A DNA stretch of 64,000 nt from a virus (IMGVR_UViG_3300029288_000057:96001-160000), one strand, 5' to 3'; numbered from the stretch's first letter, positions 18,070 to 27,748 are shown. Program-made: numbers and translations. Notes: generated by a model not told the origin, from the letters alone.

Positions 18070-18110
18070 GTTTTTTATTTTTTACAAATATATAGCTTTT
18101 AATTTAATAT

Positions 18111-19112
18111 TCAAAATGTATTTTTGTTGATGGTGTTTTGATAGGTTGTGTCTGATTTAAATTCTAATATTATTTCTTCTATATAAATACTAGAATTGTG
18201 TTGCTTTTTTCTGTTTTCAGACATTGGAATGATAATTAAATTAGATATATGCCCAATAATTTCTGGGTTTATGTTGTTTTTAAATCCATCAATCTTAGAA
18301 ACTTGGTGGTCTAAATCATAACCATTTTTTATTCCTCTTAAATCAGAATTATCTAATTTATTTAATTGTAATGAAAGTCTGCTAAATTTATTTACAGCAA
18401 GACAATATTTTTCAAAATCCTTTCTCATACATTTTTCAATTTTTGAGTTTGCTTGTGAAATTTTATCATTTTTTTTAAACCACCTGTCAACTCCATCATC
18501 ATAGCCATATTTTTCAATAAAATGTTTAATTGAGTTCTTTGTTTTTTGTCTGATTTTCCAATTGTTGTATTTTTCAGTTCCTATTTCTTTCCCATATTTT
18601 TTAATAAAATTTTTTAATGTCACAGCTTTTTTTAATTGAATGTTTTTAAATTTTAAGCTACCTTCAAGGTTTCCAAATTTCTCAATATAATAATCTAAAG
18701 TTTTGCATTTTTTCATATTATCATTGCGCTCTTTATATTTAATAGCACCCAGTGATTTTCCATATTTTTCAATAAAACCACCAAGTGTGTGTGAGTATGA
18801 TAGTTTTTTTGACAATTCTGGTGTTAATATTTTCGTTAAAGTGTCTTTTCTCCCCCTTGTTTTTGAAGATATTCTATTTCCGTATAATTTATCATATTCT
18901 TCTTTGTTTATGTCGTGTAAATATAAATGGTCAGCATTTATCTCTTTAAACTTTAATCCACAAATTTTACATTTTACATAATCAACACCTTCGATTCCTA
19001 CCATCCTGTTTTGTGTGCTATTTTTTGTTCTACAATTTGACGAACAAAATTTCTTCTTTTGATTTGATTTTACCTCAAACTCTTTGTTACATAATAAACA
19101 TTTATTTTTCAT
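18111..19112 (-). CDS. Free-standing homing-endonuclease-like protein (Zn modules, FIEKYG repeats, HNH-like C-terminus)
   Basis: CLLC/CS..C, CKICG..H...H, repeated F/YIEKY/FG, LDH...N.......EN. Confidence 0.6.
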   Translation of the reverse strand: MKNKCLLCNKEFEVKSNQKKKFCSSNCRTKNSTQNRMVGIEGVDYVKCKICGLKFKEINADHLYLHDINKEEYDKLYGNRISSKTRGRKDTLTKILTPELSKKLSYSHTLGGFIEKYGKSLGAIKYKERNDNMKKCKTLDYYIEKFGNLEGSLKFKNIQLKKAVTLKNFIKKYGKEIGTEKYNNWKIRQKTKNSIKHFIEKYGYDDGVDRWFKKNDKISQANSKIEKCMRKDFEKYCLAVNKFSRLSLQLNKLDNSDLRGIKNGYDLDHQVSKIDGFKNNINPEIIGHISNLIIIPMSENRKKQHNSSIYIEEIILEFKSDTTYQNTINKNTF

Positions 19113-19170
19113 TTTGCTTTATTTATAAATATATTAAAAAACGCAAATAGACGGGATTTGACAATAATAT

Positions 19171-19223
19171 TAAAACTATTTATTAAAATAAACGTATAAT
19201 AATAAAAAATAAAAATATTTATT
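19171..19223 (+). promoter_or_regulatory. Tandem ECF-like promoter (19171-19198) and late TATTTATT box (19216-19223)
   Basis: Both motifs directly upstream of the CCA-adding enzyme. Confidence 0.6.
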
Positions 19224-19238
19224 AAAAAATATCTTTAC

Positions 19239-20624
19239 ATGGAAACAATAAAGAAAAGAATAAGAAAAATATTATTAGAAAATTACATACAAGAAAACAA
19301 TGATAATTTTTTTCGTACTGATATGGTAGTAAAAGATAGCGATAAAAGTGATATTTTAAACATAAAAGATAAACTTAATGAAAAAGGATTTAAAATTTGG
19401 ATTGTTGGGGGGGCGGTCAGAGATACAGTTAAAAATGCTATAAAACTATCAAAAAACCCTACGGATGAAACATTAGATACGCCAAAGGATTTCGATTTGG
19501 TTACAGATGCTGTTCCAGGTCAAGTAATTGATATATTTAAGGATGCCAGTTTTGTTTCAAACATTTTGAATATTGGTGAATCTTTTGCGATTATGTTTCT
19601 TGTCACAAAACACGGAAATAGATATGAATTGGCCACATTAAGAAGTGAGTCTGGTGGAGGAAGGAAGCCAGATTCAGTGCAATATGAAAAAACAATAGAA
19701 AAGGATGCTCAAAGAAGAGATTTAAAAATTAATGCTTTATACTATGAAATATTAGGAACAAATGAAAATGGGTTTTATGGAATAGTACACGATTTAGTTG
19801 GAGGTATAGATGATATTAAAACAAATTCATTAAACACCGTTGGAGACCCAAGAGAAAGGTTTAACGAAGACCCCCTAAGAAAGATTCGTGCTATTCGTTT
19901 TGCTTCTAAAATGGGCTCTCAAATACCAGACAACGTAGCAGATGCAATCAGAGAAGGTGGCACATCATTAACAGACCCCACAGGAAAAATTGTGTCAAAT
20001 GAAAGAATAAGAGAAGAGTTCTACAAGGGAGTTAAAAGCTCAAAAAGTGTAAGGTATTTTTTAGCGTTATTGGTCAGTTTTGATTTTATTAAACACCTAT
20101 TTGCAGACCTTAGAATGTCACCAGACTCTTTTGTTGAAGAGAGGCATCCAATTGTTTTGTTGGCTAATTTATTAAAACGCAATGGAATAAAAGAAATAGA
20201 AAGGAACTTATCAACAAAGAAATACAGCGCTGATGAAATAAACAGCGTTAAGTTTTTAGTGTCACTTCTTGACCTTAAAGAGAACACTGCGTCTGCAATA
20301 AAAAGATTTTATCTTCAAAAGGCAAAGAATTCAAATCCAAAAATAAATGAAAAATTTTACCCAATGACGGATGATGTGATATATAAATTTGCAGATTTAA
20401 ATCACATTGACAAATTGAAAATAAAGAACTTTTTAAGATTGGCAAACGAATTTGTACAGCCTTCTGAATTGTTAAAATCGTTGGGATATGAACGTGAGGC
20501 TCTTGGAATGGCAATTGCAAGACTTGAGAAGGAGTTTTATAAAAACCCAAATAGAGTTAAAAACATAATTAGTTCTGGTGACGCAGAGGAAATAAAGAAA
20601 TTAATCTTTATTGGAAAATCTTAA
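19239..20624 (+). CDS. cca: tRNA nucleotidyltransferase (CCA-adding/poly(A) polymerase family) with IKKRIRKILLE leader
   Basis: VGGAVRD, DFD, E.ATLR, DAQRRDLKINAL, EDPLRKIRAIRF, ERIREE. Confidence 0.88.
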   Translation: METIKKRIRKILLENYIQENNDNFFRTDMVVKDSDKSDILNIKDKLNEKGFKIWIVGGAVRDTVKNAIKLSKNPTDETLDTPKDFDLVTDAVPGQVIDIFKDASFVSNILNIGESFAIMFLVTKHGNRYELATLRSESGGGRKPDSVQYEKTIEKDAQRRDLKINALYYEILGTNENGFYGIVHDLVGGIDDIKTNSLNTVGDPRERFNEDPLRKIRAIRFASKMGSQIPDNVADAIREGGTSLTDPTGKIVSNERIREEFYKGVKSSKSVRYFLALLVSFDFIKHLFADLRMSPDSFVEERHPIVLLANLLKRNGIKEIERNLSTKKYSADEINSVKFLVSLLDLKENTASAIKRFYLQKAKNSNPKINEKFYPMTDDVIYKFADLNHIDKLKIKNFLRLANEFVQPSELLKSLGYEREALGMAIARLEKEFYKNPNRVKNIISSGDAEEIKKLIFIGKS

Positions 20625-21105
20625 TCTTCTTTTAAAATTGTAGCAAATCCAGGAGTTTTCTTTCCTACATATGCTCCAGCTGTATTATAATAGAAATATT
20701 CCAAGGCCATTAATTGTAAGTCTTCATCAGATTCTTTTATAGACTTATCTTTTTTATAATTCTCAAACAAAATATTAAGGCACTTTTCTGTGTCATAAAT
20801 TACAAAGGCTTCTGCATCATCTGTCTCTGCATATCCCAATATTGCATCGTCGAATCCATCTGCAACCAACAAAGTGCCGTTTTTGAAATCTTTGATTTCG
20901 TCTAACGTGGCCTCTGTAAAAAGAAGGTGCTCTTTTTTATGTGCAATGGTTCAAGCTCATAGTGTTCAAACAATTTGTTTTTATCGTACAAAACAAGGCT
21001 AGAGTCTCCAGCCCTTTCTACAAATCCGATTATTGAATCGTCGGCTGTTTCTTTAAGTAGCTCTACATTTTCAAGTAGTTCTAATATTTCATCACGTTTA
21101 TTCAT
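20621..21105 (-). CDS. Two overlapping frames (21105-20902 and 20872-20621) joined by a -1 shift at A_AAA_AAG into a 161-aa tandem-domain protein
   Basis: Halves share an (A/F)DD(S/A)I(I/L)G...(L/I)YD..K motif; downstream frame open through heptamer 20932-20938. Confidence 0.6.
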
Positions 21106-21221
21106 TTGCTTATTTTTTTACAAATATATATAATATTTTTAAGATTAGGAAATGTTTTATTTGCAAAATATTAGATTTTGATTTTTTTGTATATTTATAA
21201 AAAAAACAAACAATAAAGGTT

Positions 21222-21665
21222 ATGGGCCTAAACGAGTTTAAAGAGTTTGTGATTAAAAGCGCTCAAAAATATATTTTTGAAGATGAGGAATTGGATGAAA
21301 CAAAGAAAATCTTGAAGCAGCCTGAGCCCCCAAAGCTAACGAAACCTGATTTTATGAAAAGGGATGTGAACAAATTACCCAAGGAGCCAAAAGCACCAAA
21401 AACCCCAGAAGTAAAAACCATTGCAACTCCAAAAGCACCGTCTGTTAATGAAGAGGTGTGTTCTCCTGATAAAATTAAAATTTTGGCAGAAGAGATGAAA
21501 AAAATTAATAAAAAGATTGATTTAAGAAATCCATTGATTAGTCCAGAATTGTTTGATATTGTGGCTGAAGATAGAAAACCAACGGAAGATGTAATAAAAG
21601 AGGATTCTACAGAGAGATGGAAAAATCTATACAACTACGAAATACCAGATGATAATTTAAGATAA
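21222..21665 (+). CDS. Late Pro/Lys-rich protein
   Basis: TATTTATA at 21192-21199; PKxPK repeats. Confidence 0.6.
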   Translation: MGLNEFKEFVIKSAQKYIFEDEELDETKKILKQPEPPKLTKPDFMKRDVNKLPKEPKAPKTPEVKTIATPKAPSVNEEVCSPDKIKILAEEMKKINKKIDLRNPLISPELFDIVAEDRKPTEDVIKEDSTERWKNLYNYEIPDDNLR

Positions 21666-21673
21666 TATGCTAC

Positions 21674-21703
21674 AAAAAAGCCCCAAAAGTTGGGGCTTTT
21701 TTT
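21674..21703. terminator. Bidirectional intrinsic terminator
   Basis: aaaaaagcccca...tggggctttttt. Confidence 0.75.
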
Positions 21704-21713
21704 ATTCCTATAA

Positions 21714-21779
21714 TTAATTGAAAATGGCTGTGTCATTTCCAACTTTGCTGTTTCCAAAACTTAATAAATTTTCATTCAT
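21714..21779 (-). CDS. 21-aa micro-ORF MNENLLSFGNSKVGNDTAIFN (not in ORF track)
   Basis: Own late box at 21804-21811, terminator immediately downstream. Confidence 0.45.
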   Translation of the reverse strand: MNENLLSFGNSKVGNDTAIFN

Positions 21780-21878
21780 AATAATATGGTTAGGTTAAGT
21801 TTATATAAATAATTAAAAATATTATTTTGAATTATTATAAACTTTCCCTATATTTGCAAATAAGACAAAACAGACAAA

Positions 21879-22334
21879 ATGGACAGAATACGAGGTGAAT
21901 ACGATTTCAAAAAAGACTGTGTTAAGGGAGAAGGTGGAGAAGATATAGTTAAGAATTATTTAATTGACTTTGGCTTTGTTTTCTTAAACAATAACCGAGA
22001 TTACAGATATGACTTAAAAATGTCTTATCAAAACAGAACGGTAACCTATGAGGTAAAAACCGATATTTATCCACGAGATACTGGCAACATTGTTATAGAG
22101 TTTGAATCGGGGGGCAAGCCGTCTGGAATTGCAGTAACCGAGGCAGAGTATTTCGTAACATATTTCCTACATTTCGGAGAAATATGGAATATATCAACAC
22201 AAAAATTGAGGTTAATGATTCAATATCTTAATCCACATGTGTTTGAAATGGCTGGGGATTCTGGCAGCAATACGAAATTATATTCATTTAAAAAGCATGA
22301 AGTTGCTAATTTTTTCAAAATACACAAAATTTGA
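21879..22334 (+). CDS. PD-(D/E)xK restriction-endonuclease-like protein
   Basis: GE..V, YDL, YEVKTD, GNIVIE; TATATTTG at 21849-21856. Confidence 0.65.
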   Translation: MDRIRGEYDFKKDCVKGEGGEDIVKNYLIDFGFVFLNNNRDYRYDLKMSYQNRTVTYEVKTDIYPRDTGNIVIEFESGGKPSGIAVTEAEYFVTYFLHFGEIWNISTQKLRLMIQYLNPHVFEMAGDSGSNTKLYSFKKHEVANFFKIHKI

Positions 22335-22367
22335 TATTTGTGACTATTTATGAAAAATGTTGTTTAA

Positions 22368-24482
22368 ATGAATTCCGATAAAAGAAATCCATATATTTTA
22401 AGAAGAAACTTCAATTTTTTTAACGAAACAATTTCTCCAGAAGATATTGACGTACAAGTAAACGAGCCTAAAGATACGTTAAATAAAGAAATTTGGGATA
22501 ACGGAAGGTTAAAAAAAGAAGTGAGAATTGCTATGTTAAAAATAGCAAAGGCATTTAAGGAATATTTAAAATTAGACACACGATTAAAAGATGTTATTTT
22601 TACTGGAAGTTTAGCCAACTATAACTGGACTTTGGTGAGTGATATCGATATTCACTTAATTCTTGATTTATCATCAATGGACGAACCTGAAGAGTTCTTG
22701 GCAGAATATATTGCTGCAAAAAAGGCTGTGTGGAACGAAAATCACAACATTAAAATAAAGGGATTTGAAGTAGAGCTTTATGCAAAAGATAAAGAAAATT
22801 TATTTTCATCAAAGGGTATTTACAGCGTTCTTAGAGATGCGTGGATTCAAAAACCAGAAAAATATACACAAGACATTGACGAGCCTGCTATAAAAGAAAA
22901 AGCAGCTGTTGTCATGAATGATATTGATGATTTGCAACAAGCAACGGACGATGAGGAAATATTAACGAAGTCAGAAAAGATAAAGGAAAGAATAAAAAAA
23001 CTAAGACAATCTGGGCTAGAACAGGGGGGAGAATTTTCTGTTGAAAATCTTGCTTTTAAGGTTCTGAGAAAGCTTGGATATTTAGAAAAACTTTCTGACA
23101 TTAAAAAGGGCGCTTTTGATACATCTTTGTCCTTGGCCGAAACGTTGGATGAACACGAAGAAGGAAGTCAACGTCCAAGTTCGATTGGGTCCAATTATAA
23201 TGAAGTAAAGGTTCTATATTCATTGACAAAAGATGATTTTGCATTTGTTCCTGCTAGTCTAAAATATTGGGACATAAACACGGTAAAGGCACAACGATGG
23301 AATTTGTTAGTTAATTTTAGAGATGAAGAGGATTACCAAAGACAAATAAAAAGCAAAAGATTTTTTATGATTTTATATGATGATAAATTGTATTTCTACA
23401 AACCAGAGTACAAAAGACTGTATGATAATCATGAAAATATAGTAGATTCAAAAAAAATGAACCCAACTTTTGTCTACCAGATGAACGAAATAATCAAAGG
23501 GACATTAAATAGTGCAATAACCGAATCTTCTATGAAAACAAAAACGCTTCTCAAAGAAGGGAAAGATGAGGCACCAAAGAAATACGGGTGTTTAATGTTA
23601 GATTTGAACATAAAGAATTGGAAAGAAATTACCGATAAGATAAGCCAGGAAGATGTTTATGATGCACCTGGATTTGAAATAGAAGACAGTCCCCACATTA
23701 CTGCACTGTTTGGCTTCATATACACTGAAACCACGCCAGAAGATGTAAAGAGAGTGACAAAAAAGATATTGAGCGGGAAAGATAAAGTAAAGGTGAAATT
23801 AAAAGAGATTTCTTTGTTTGAAAACAAAGATTATGATGTTTTAAAGTTTGATATTGATTCCTCTGATTTGCATAAACTCAATGAGGCGTTAAGAGAAAAG
23901 TTTCCTTACAAAAACGACCATCCCGATTATCATCCACACATGACAATTGCTTATTTAAAGCCAGGGCTTGGGAAAAAGTACGCAAAAAAATTAAAAAAGA
24001 ATATTGTTTTCGAAAGTGATTCTTTCGTTTATTCATATCCACCAAATGAAAAGTATTATTTCAACTTAAAAAAAGGAGAAAACACTTTGGGGGTTGAGCA
24101 TGGGATTGATGATATGACCGAGGAAAAGGTTGAAATTATAAGAAATTTTATAAACTTTGTTTGTAACAGACTTGAGCTCCAGGAACCAGTATCGATTTAT
24201 CTTCACAAGGGAAGAGATGAGTATATAGTAACAACTGCATCATATGTTCCAGACGAGAATTCAAATCATATCAGATGTAACGGTAGAGCGCTTGTTGATA
24301 TATTAAGAAGCATTGCGCATGAGCTCACTCATAACAGACAGAGAGAGGTTGAGAGTTTTGCGTCTGGGGAAAATGTTCAAACTATTGGCGGCTGGATAGA
24401 AGACGAAGCAAATGCAAAGGCTGGAATTTTAATTAAAGATTTCGCAATGAATCAAGGTTTTGATGAAATTTATGATTTATAA
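22368..24482 (+). CDS. Multidomain protein: Pol-beta nucleotidyltransferase + Acb1/gp57B-like 2H phosphoesterase + HEXXH domain
   Basis: GSLANYNW..SDIDIH; YGCLML, PHITA and HPHMTIAY; AHELTH. Confidence 0.78.
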   Translation: MNSDKRNPYILRRNFNFFNETISPEDIDVQVNEPKDTLNKEIWDNGRLKKEVRIAMLKIAKAFKEYLKLDTRLKDVIFTGSLANYNWTLVSDIDIHLILDLSSMDEPEEFLAEYIAAKKAVWNENHNIKIKGFEVELYAKDKENLFSSKGIYSVLRDAWIQKPEKYTQDIDEPAIKEKAAVVMNDIDDLQQATDDEEILTKSEKIKERIKKLRQSGLEQGGEFSVENLAFKVLRKLGYLEKLSDIKKGAFDTSLSLAETLDEHEEGSQRPSSIGSNYNEVKVLYSLTKDDFAFVPASLKYWDINTVKAQRWNLLVNFRDEEDYQRQIKSKRFFMILYDDKLYFYKPEYKRLYDNHENIVDSKKMNPTFVYQMNEIIKGTLNSAITESSMKTKTLLKEGKDEAPKKYGCLMLDLNIKNWKEITDKISQEDVYDAPGFEIEDSPHITALFGFIYTETTPEDVKRVTKKILSGKDKVKVKLKEISLFENKDYDVLKFDIDSSDLHKLNEALREKFPYKNDHPDYHPHMTIAYLKPGLGKKYAKKLKKNIVFESDSFVYSYPPNEKYYFNLKKGENTLGVEHGIDDMTEEKVEIIRNFINFVCNRLELQEPVSIYLHKGRDEYIVTTASYVPDENSNHIRCNGRALVDILRSIAHELTHNRQREVESFASGENVQTIGGWIEDEANAKAGILIKDFAMNQGFDEIYDL

Positions 24483-24485
24483 ATT

Positions 24486-24983
24486 ATGAAAAAATTTTTA
24501 TTATTAATTGCTCTAATGTTAATTGGCCTTATATGCATAGCTCAAAGCATTCAGAACATGCATCAAAAGAGCTATAAAAGAGCCATAGAAAAAAGCTCAA
24601 TAAATTATACTCAAACTTTAATTGACAGGACTGGGTTTGTTTATGATTGGTGGATGTGTGGAATTACATGTCCTGGTTGTGCCTCACTTTATACAAAAAT
24701 AATGAGAACAGCATACCCAGAATATGGGAAATATGCCTATTATGTCTACTTTTATAGCAATAGCTACACTACATATGGACTTCTTGCTGGGACATATTTA
24801 ACTGGTGTTAATATATACAGAACAGATGCGCCTGGAATAAAAAGCAATATTTTATATATAGATTATGTTTTAATTAATCCCAAAACAGCATATTTTGATG
24901 GGGTTAATTTGGGTGCCACGTTTTATTCTGTTTCACCAGACGATTTAATATTAATTACTTGGCAGAGTGCTGCAGTTTATTAA
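24486..24983 (+). CDS. Exported protein
   Basis: Signal peptide ending IAQ. Confidence 0.6.
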   Translation: MKKFLLLIALMLIGLICIAQSIQNMHQKSYKRAIEKSSINYTQTLIDRTGFVYDWWMCGITCPGCASLYTKIMRTAYPEYGKYAYYVYFYSNSYTTYGLLAGTYLTGVNIYRTDAPGIKSNILYIDYVLINPKTAYFDGVNLGATFYSVSPDDLILITWQSAAVY

Positions 24984-25015
24984 TTTTTTTAATATTTATA
25001 TAAAAGCATAATTCA

Positions 25016-25402
25016 ATGGCAGATAAAGAAATAAAAATCGGACAAAAAGTAATAGGAGAAAAAACCAAAATCACATTAACTGTTCAGGTTGCTTTGTGGA
25101 TAATTGGTGGTATTATCTTCTTAGCCTCTACCGCTTTTACCTTTGCTTACCTAGATGTAAAAAAAGACGTAAGAACATATAAGGCACAAATGGAAACAGA
25201 TAAAAATGATTTCATAAAAACTGTTGAGAAAAAACTAGATGATAAACTTGGAAGTTTTGAGGACAAAGACGAACAGTTTATAAAGGACATGGGTGATATG
25301 AAGGGTGATATTAAAGTAATTTTAGATAGAACATCTGGAATTAGAGCAACAGACAACACAATCAATAACTCAAATATAAATAGACCCCCAGGGTCAAAAT
25401 AA
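25016..25402 (+). CDS. Single-TM coiled-coil late protein (possibly lysis related)
   Basis: One TM helix then charged coiled coil; TATTTATA at 24993-25000. Confidence 0.55.
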   Translation: MADKEIKIGQKVIGEKTKITLTVQVALWIIGGIIFLASTAFTFAYLDVKKDVRTYKAQMETDKNDFIKTVEKKLDDKLGSFEDKDEQFIKDMGDMKGDIKVILDRTSGIRATDNTINNSNINRPPGSK

Positions 25403-25413
25403 CAAATAAAACA

Positions 25414-25439
25414 AAAGCCAGAGTTTATCTGGCTTTTTT
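25414..25439. terminator. Bidirectional terminator between convergent genes
   Basis: aaaagccaga...tctggctttt. Confidence 0.75.
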
Positions 25440-25729
25440 TATGCTTCTTTTGCTAATAAATCTATAATTTCTTGTTCGTAATTTCTTTCACACTCTTTTT
25501 CGAAATCTTTTATCATTTCTTCGGTTGAAATAGCGAGCCATGAATACCATTTTAATTTTTTGGTTTTATCTATTTTTAACACTACCATTCCATCATAACT
25601 TGCATATACAAAAGACCTGTCCCCCACAACCTTGTCTCCTCTTTCACGAATTCTTTTATAAGCGGCTTTTCTGCGAATTCTCAAATCACGCTTCGCCCTC
25701 CATTTTGTTTTAAATCCCTTTTTTTCCAT
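25439..25729 (-). CDS. Basic hypothetical protein
   Basis: Directly follows thyA. Confidence 0.55.
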   Translation of the reverse strand: MEKKGFKTKWRAKRDLRIRRKAAYKRIRERGDKVVGDRSFVYASYDGMVVLKIDKTKKLKWYSWLAISTEEMIKDFEKECERNYEQEIIDLLAKEA

Positions 25730-25730
25730 T

Positions 25731-27020
25731 TTAAACAGATACAGGTGCCTTTATAGCAGGCAGTGGGTTATAATCAATTATTTCAATATCTTCAGCTCTA
25801 AAATCTGTAATGTTTTTTATTGCAGGATTTAGTTTCAGCGTTGGGAGGGGAGGTCCATAATAATTTCCTATAAGCTCTGACGTATGAGTGAGATTAATAT
25901 TATACCAATAATCAATTGGTTCCTTAGATTTGTTCCACGGATTAAAGTCTGCTATTGTTGCGCCTTCTCCTTCTCTGTGCGTTCTATTTAAAAATTCATT
26001 AACCTGTTCTTTATGATTAAGGTATAAATGCAAGTCTCCAAATGTATGAACAAACTTATAAGGAACCATATTTACAACTTGAGCGACCATATGTAATAAC
26101 AATGAAAATGAAGCAATGTTAAATGGAACTCCTAAAAATGTATCGCAGGACCTCTGATAGAGCTGGAGTGAGAGTCTAAATTTTGGGATGTTAAACTCAT
26201 CACATTTTTTAACATTATCATCACCTGGTTCTAGATATAAAATTTTATCTACCTTTTTGTTTTTTTCCCACAAACCAACTCTTTCTTGAATCGTTAATGG
26301 CTCAGTAATAAATTGAAATATTGTGTGACACGGCCTAAGTGCCATTTGAGATAGTTCGCTAACATCCCACGCAGAAACCATAATTCCCCTATCGTCTGGT
26401 CTGTTTTTCAAAGTATCAATGGCTACTTGTATTTGGTTAATTCCGTTTATTTTTACTTTTTCCATCTTGCCTTGAATGTGGTGAGTGGGTCCTCCAAAAG
26501 ACCCTCCGTAACTATATCCCCCAACTTCTTCCCAAGATGTTCTTCCGCCCCAATCGACCCACTGTTTTCCATAAACAGGACCAAGTTCTCCCCAGTGTTT
26601 TGCGCACTCATCACAACTTTTTATATCTTCAATAAACTCTTTTTGTGTCATGTTTCTGAGGCAACCTAAAATCGGGTCGTCAACTAACAATTTGACATCT
26701 GGCTCTTGCAGATTAGAGACATGTTTCACATACTTGTCATAAGCCCATTCGTCCCAAATGTGCACATTATTATCAACAAGATATTTAATGTTTGTATTGC
26801 CGAATTCTTTATATTTTTCTGGCATTGCATTAAGAAACCATAATAGTTCGTGTATAACGCCCTTTGAATAGGTGTTTTTAAGAGTTAACAGTGGAAACCC
26901 ATTTTTCATATAAAAAACAGATTGATGGCCGAAGGTTGATATAGTACCAGTACCTGTGCGGTCAGTTTTTATTCTTCCTTCTTTAAGAATAGTTGTAATT
27001 AATTCTACGTATTGTTTCAT
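25731..27020 (-). CDS. thyA: Thymidylate synthase with several insertions
   Basis: DRTGTGT, ELLWFL, LGPVYG.QW, LRPCH, YQRSCD, GVPFN, GDLHLY; start set at MKQY. Confidence 0.92.
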   Translation of the reverse strand: MKQYVELITTILKEGRIKTDRTGTGTISTFGHQSVFYMKNGFPLLTLKNTYSKGVIHELLWFLNAMPEKYKEFGNTNIKYLVDNNVHIWDEWAYDKYVKHVSNLQEPDVKLLVDDPILGCLRNMTQKEFIEDIKSCDECAKHWGELGPVYGKQWVDWGGRTSWEEVGGYSYGGSFGGPTHHIQGKMEKVKINGINQIQVAIDTLKNRPDDRGIMVSAWDVSELSQMALRPCHTIFQFITEPLTIQERVGLWEKNKKVDKILYLEPGDDNVKKCDEFNIPKFRLSLQLYQRSCDTFLGVPFNIASFSLLLHMVAQVVNMVPYKFVHTFGDLHLYLNHKEQVNEFLNRTHREGEGATIADFNPWNKSKEPIDYWYNINLTHTSELIGNYYGPPLPTLKLNPAIKNITDFRAEDIEIIDYNPLPAIKAPVSV

Positions 27021-27247
27021 ATTGTTTTTTTGCTGGAATTGTTTAACCAATCATTTATTTCTATAATATTGCATTCTATAATAGATTTTTTTATTCTTTC
27101 CTTAAATTCTTTTAGCGTTATTTGTTCATTATGAAATGAGTGGCTGAAATTATTCAAATTCCAGCCGCATGGTTCCGCATTTAAATCTATTACCAAATGT
27201 ATTTTTGATTGTATTTCATCTAACCATTCTCTCGATGTCTTTTCCAT
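27017..27247 (-). CDS. Hypothetical protein
   Basis: MEKTSREW start; ATGA overlap with thyA. Confidence 0.55.
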   Translation of the reverse strand: MEKTSREWLDEIQSKIHLVIDLNAEPCGWNLNNFSHSFHNEQITLKEFKERIKKSIIECNIIEINDWLNNSSKKTI

Positions 27248-27254
27248 AATTGTA

Positions 27255-27695
27255 TTATTTCTTTCCAGTATGCCCGAAACCACCTTTACTTCTCTTGGTT
27301 TCAGATAAAACAAGAACATTGTCCCATTCTATTTGTGTACATTCTGAAATTACCATTTGAGCAATTCTGTCTCCTTGATATACGGTAAAATCTCTACTTG
27401 ATAGGTTTACAAGTATTACTCCGATTTCTCCTCTGTAATCAGCATCGATTGTTCCTGGGGAATTAAGCACGGTGATTCCGTTGACAATTGCCAATCCGCT
27501 GCGAGGACGGATTTGCGCTTCAAACCCTTCTGGCAACTCAATAAAAAGGTTTGTGTGTATTAGAACTCGCTCAAGTGGTTTGATTGTTACTGGGGTGTAT
27601 TCGCCCACATCTGCTCTTAAATCCATTCCAGCTGATAATGATGTTTCATATGCTGGTAACGGATTTTGGGATTTGTTTACTATTCTTACTGCCAT
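27255..27695 (-). CDS. dut: Trimeric dUTPase
   Basis: [34 protein letters not shown]; start at MAVR. Confidence 0.93.
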   Translation of the reverse strand: MAVRIVNKSQNPLPAYETSLSAGMDLRADVGEYTPVTIKPLERVLIHTNLFIELPEGFEAQIRPRSGLAIVNGITVLNSPGTIDADYRGEIGVILVNLSSRDFTVYQGDRIAQMVISECTQIEWDNVLVLSETKRSKGGFGHTGKK

Positions 27696-27748
27696 TTTTG
27701 TTTTTTTTAAGTCAAACAAATATATAAAAAAAATGGCGATTATCAAAA

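Noticed and set aside
25731-27020. ThyA-like gene as a dCMP hydroxymethylase for DNA modification
   Set aside because: It keeps the dUMP-specifying Asn (GVPFN) and lies next to dUTPase; no modification cluster visible
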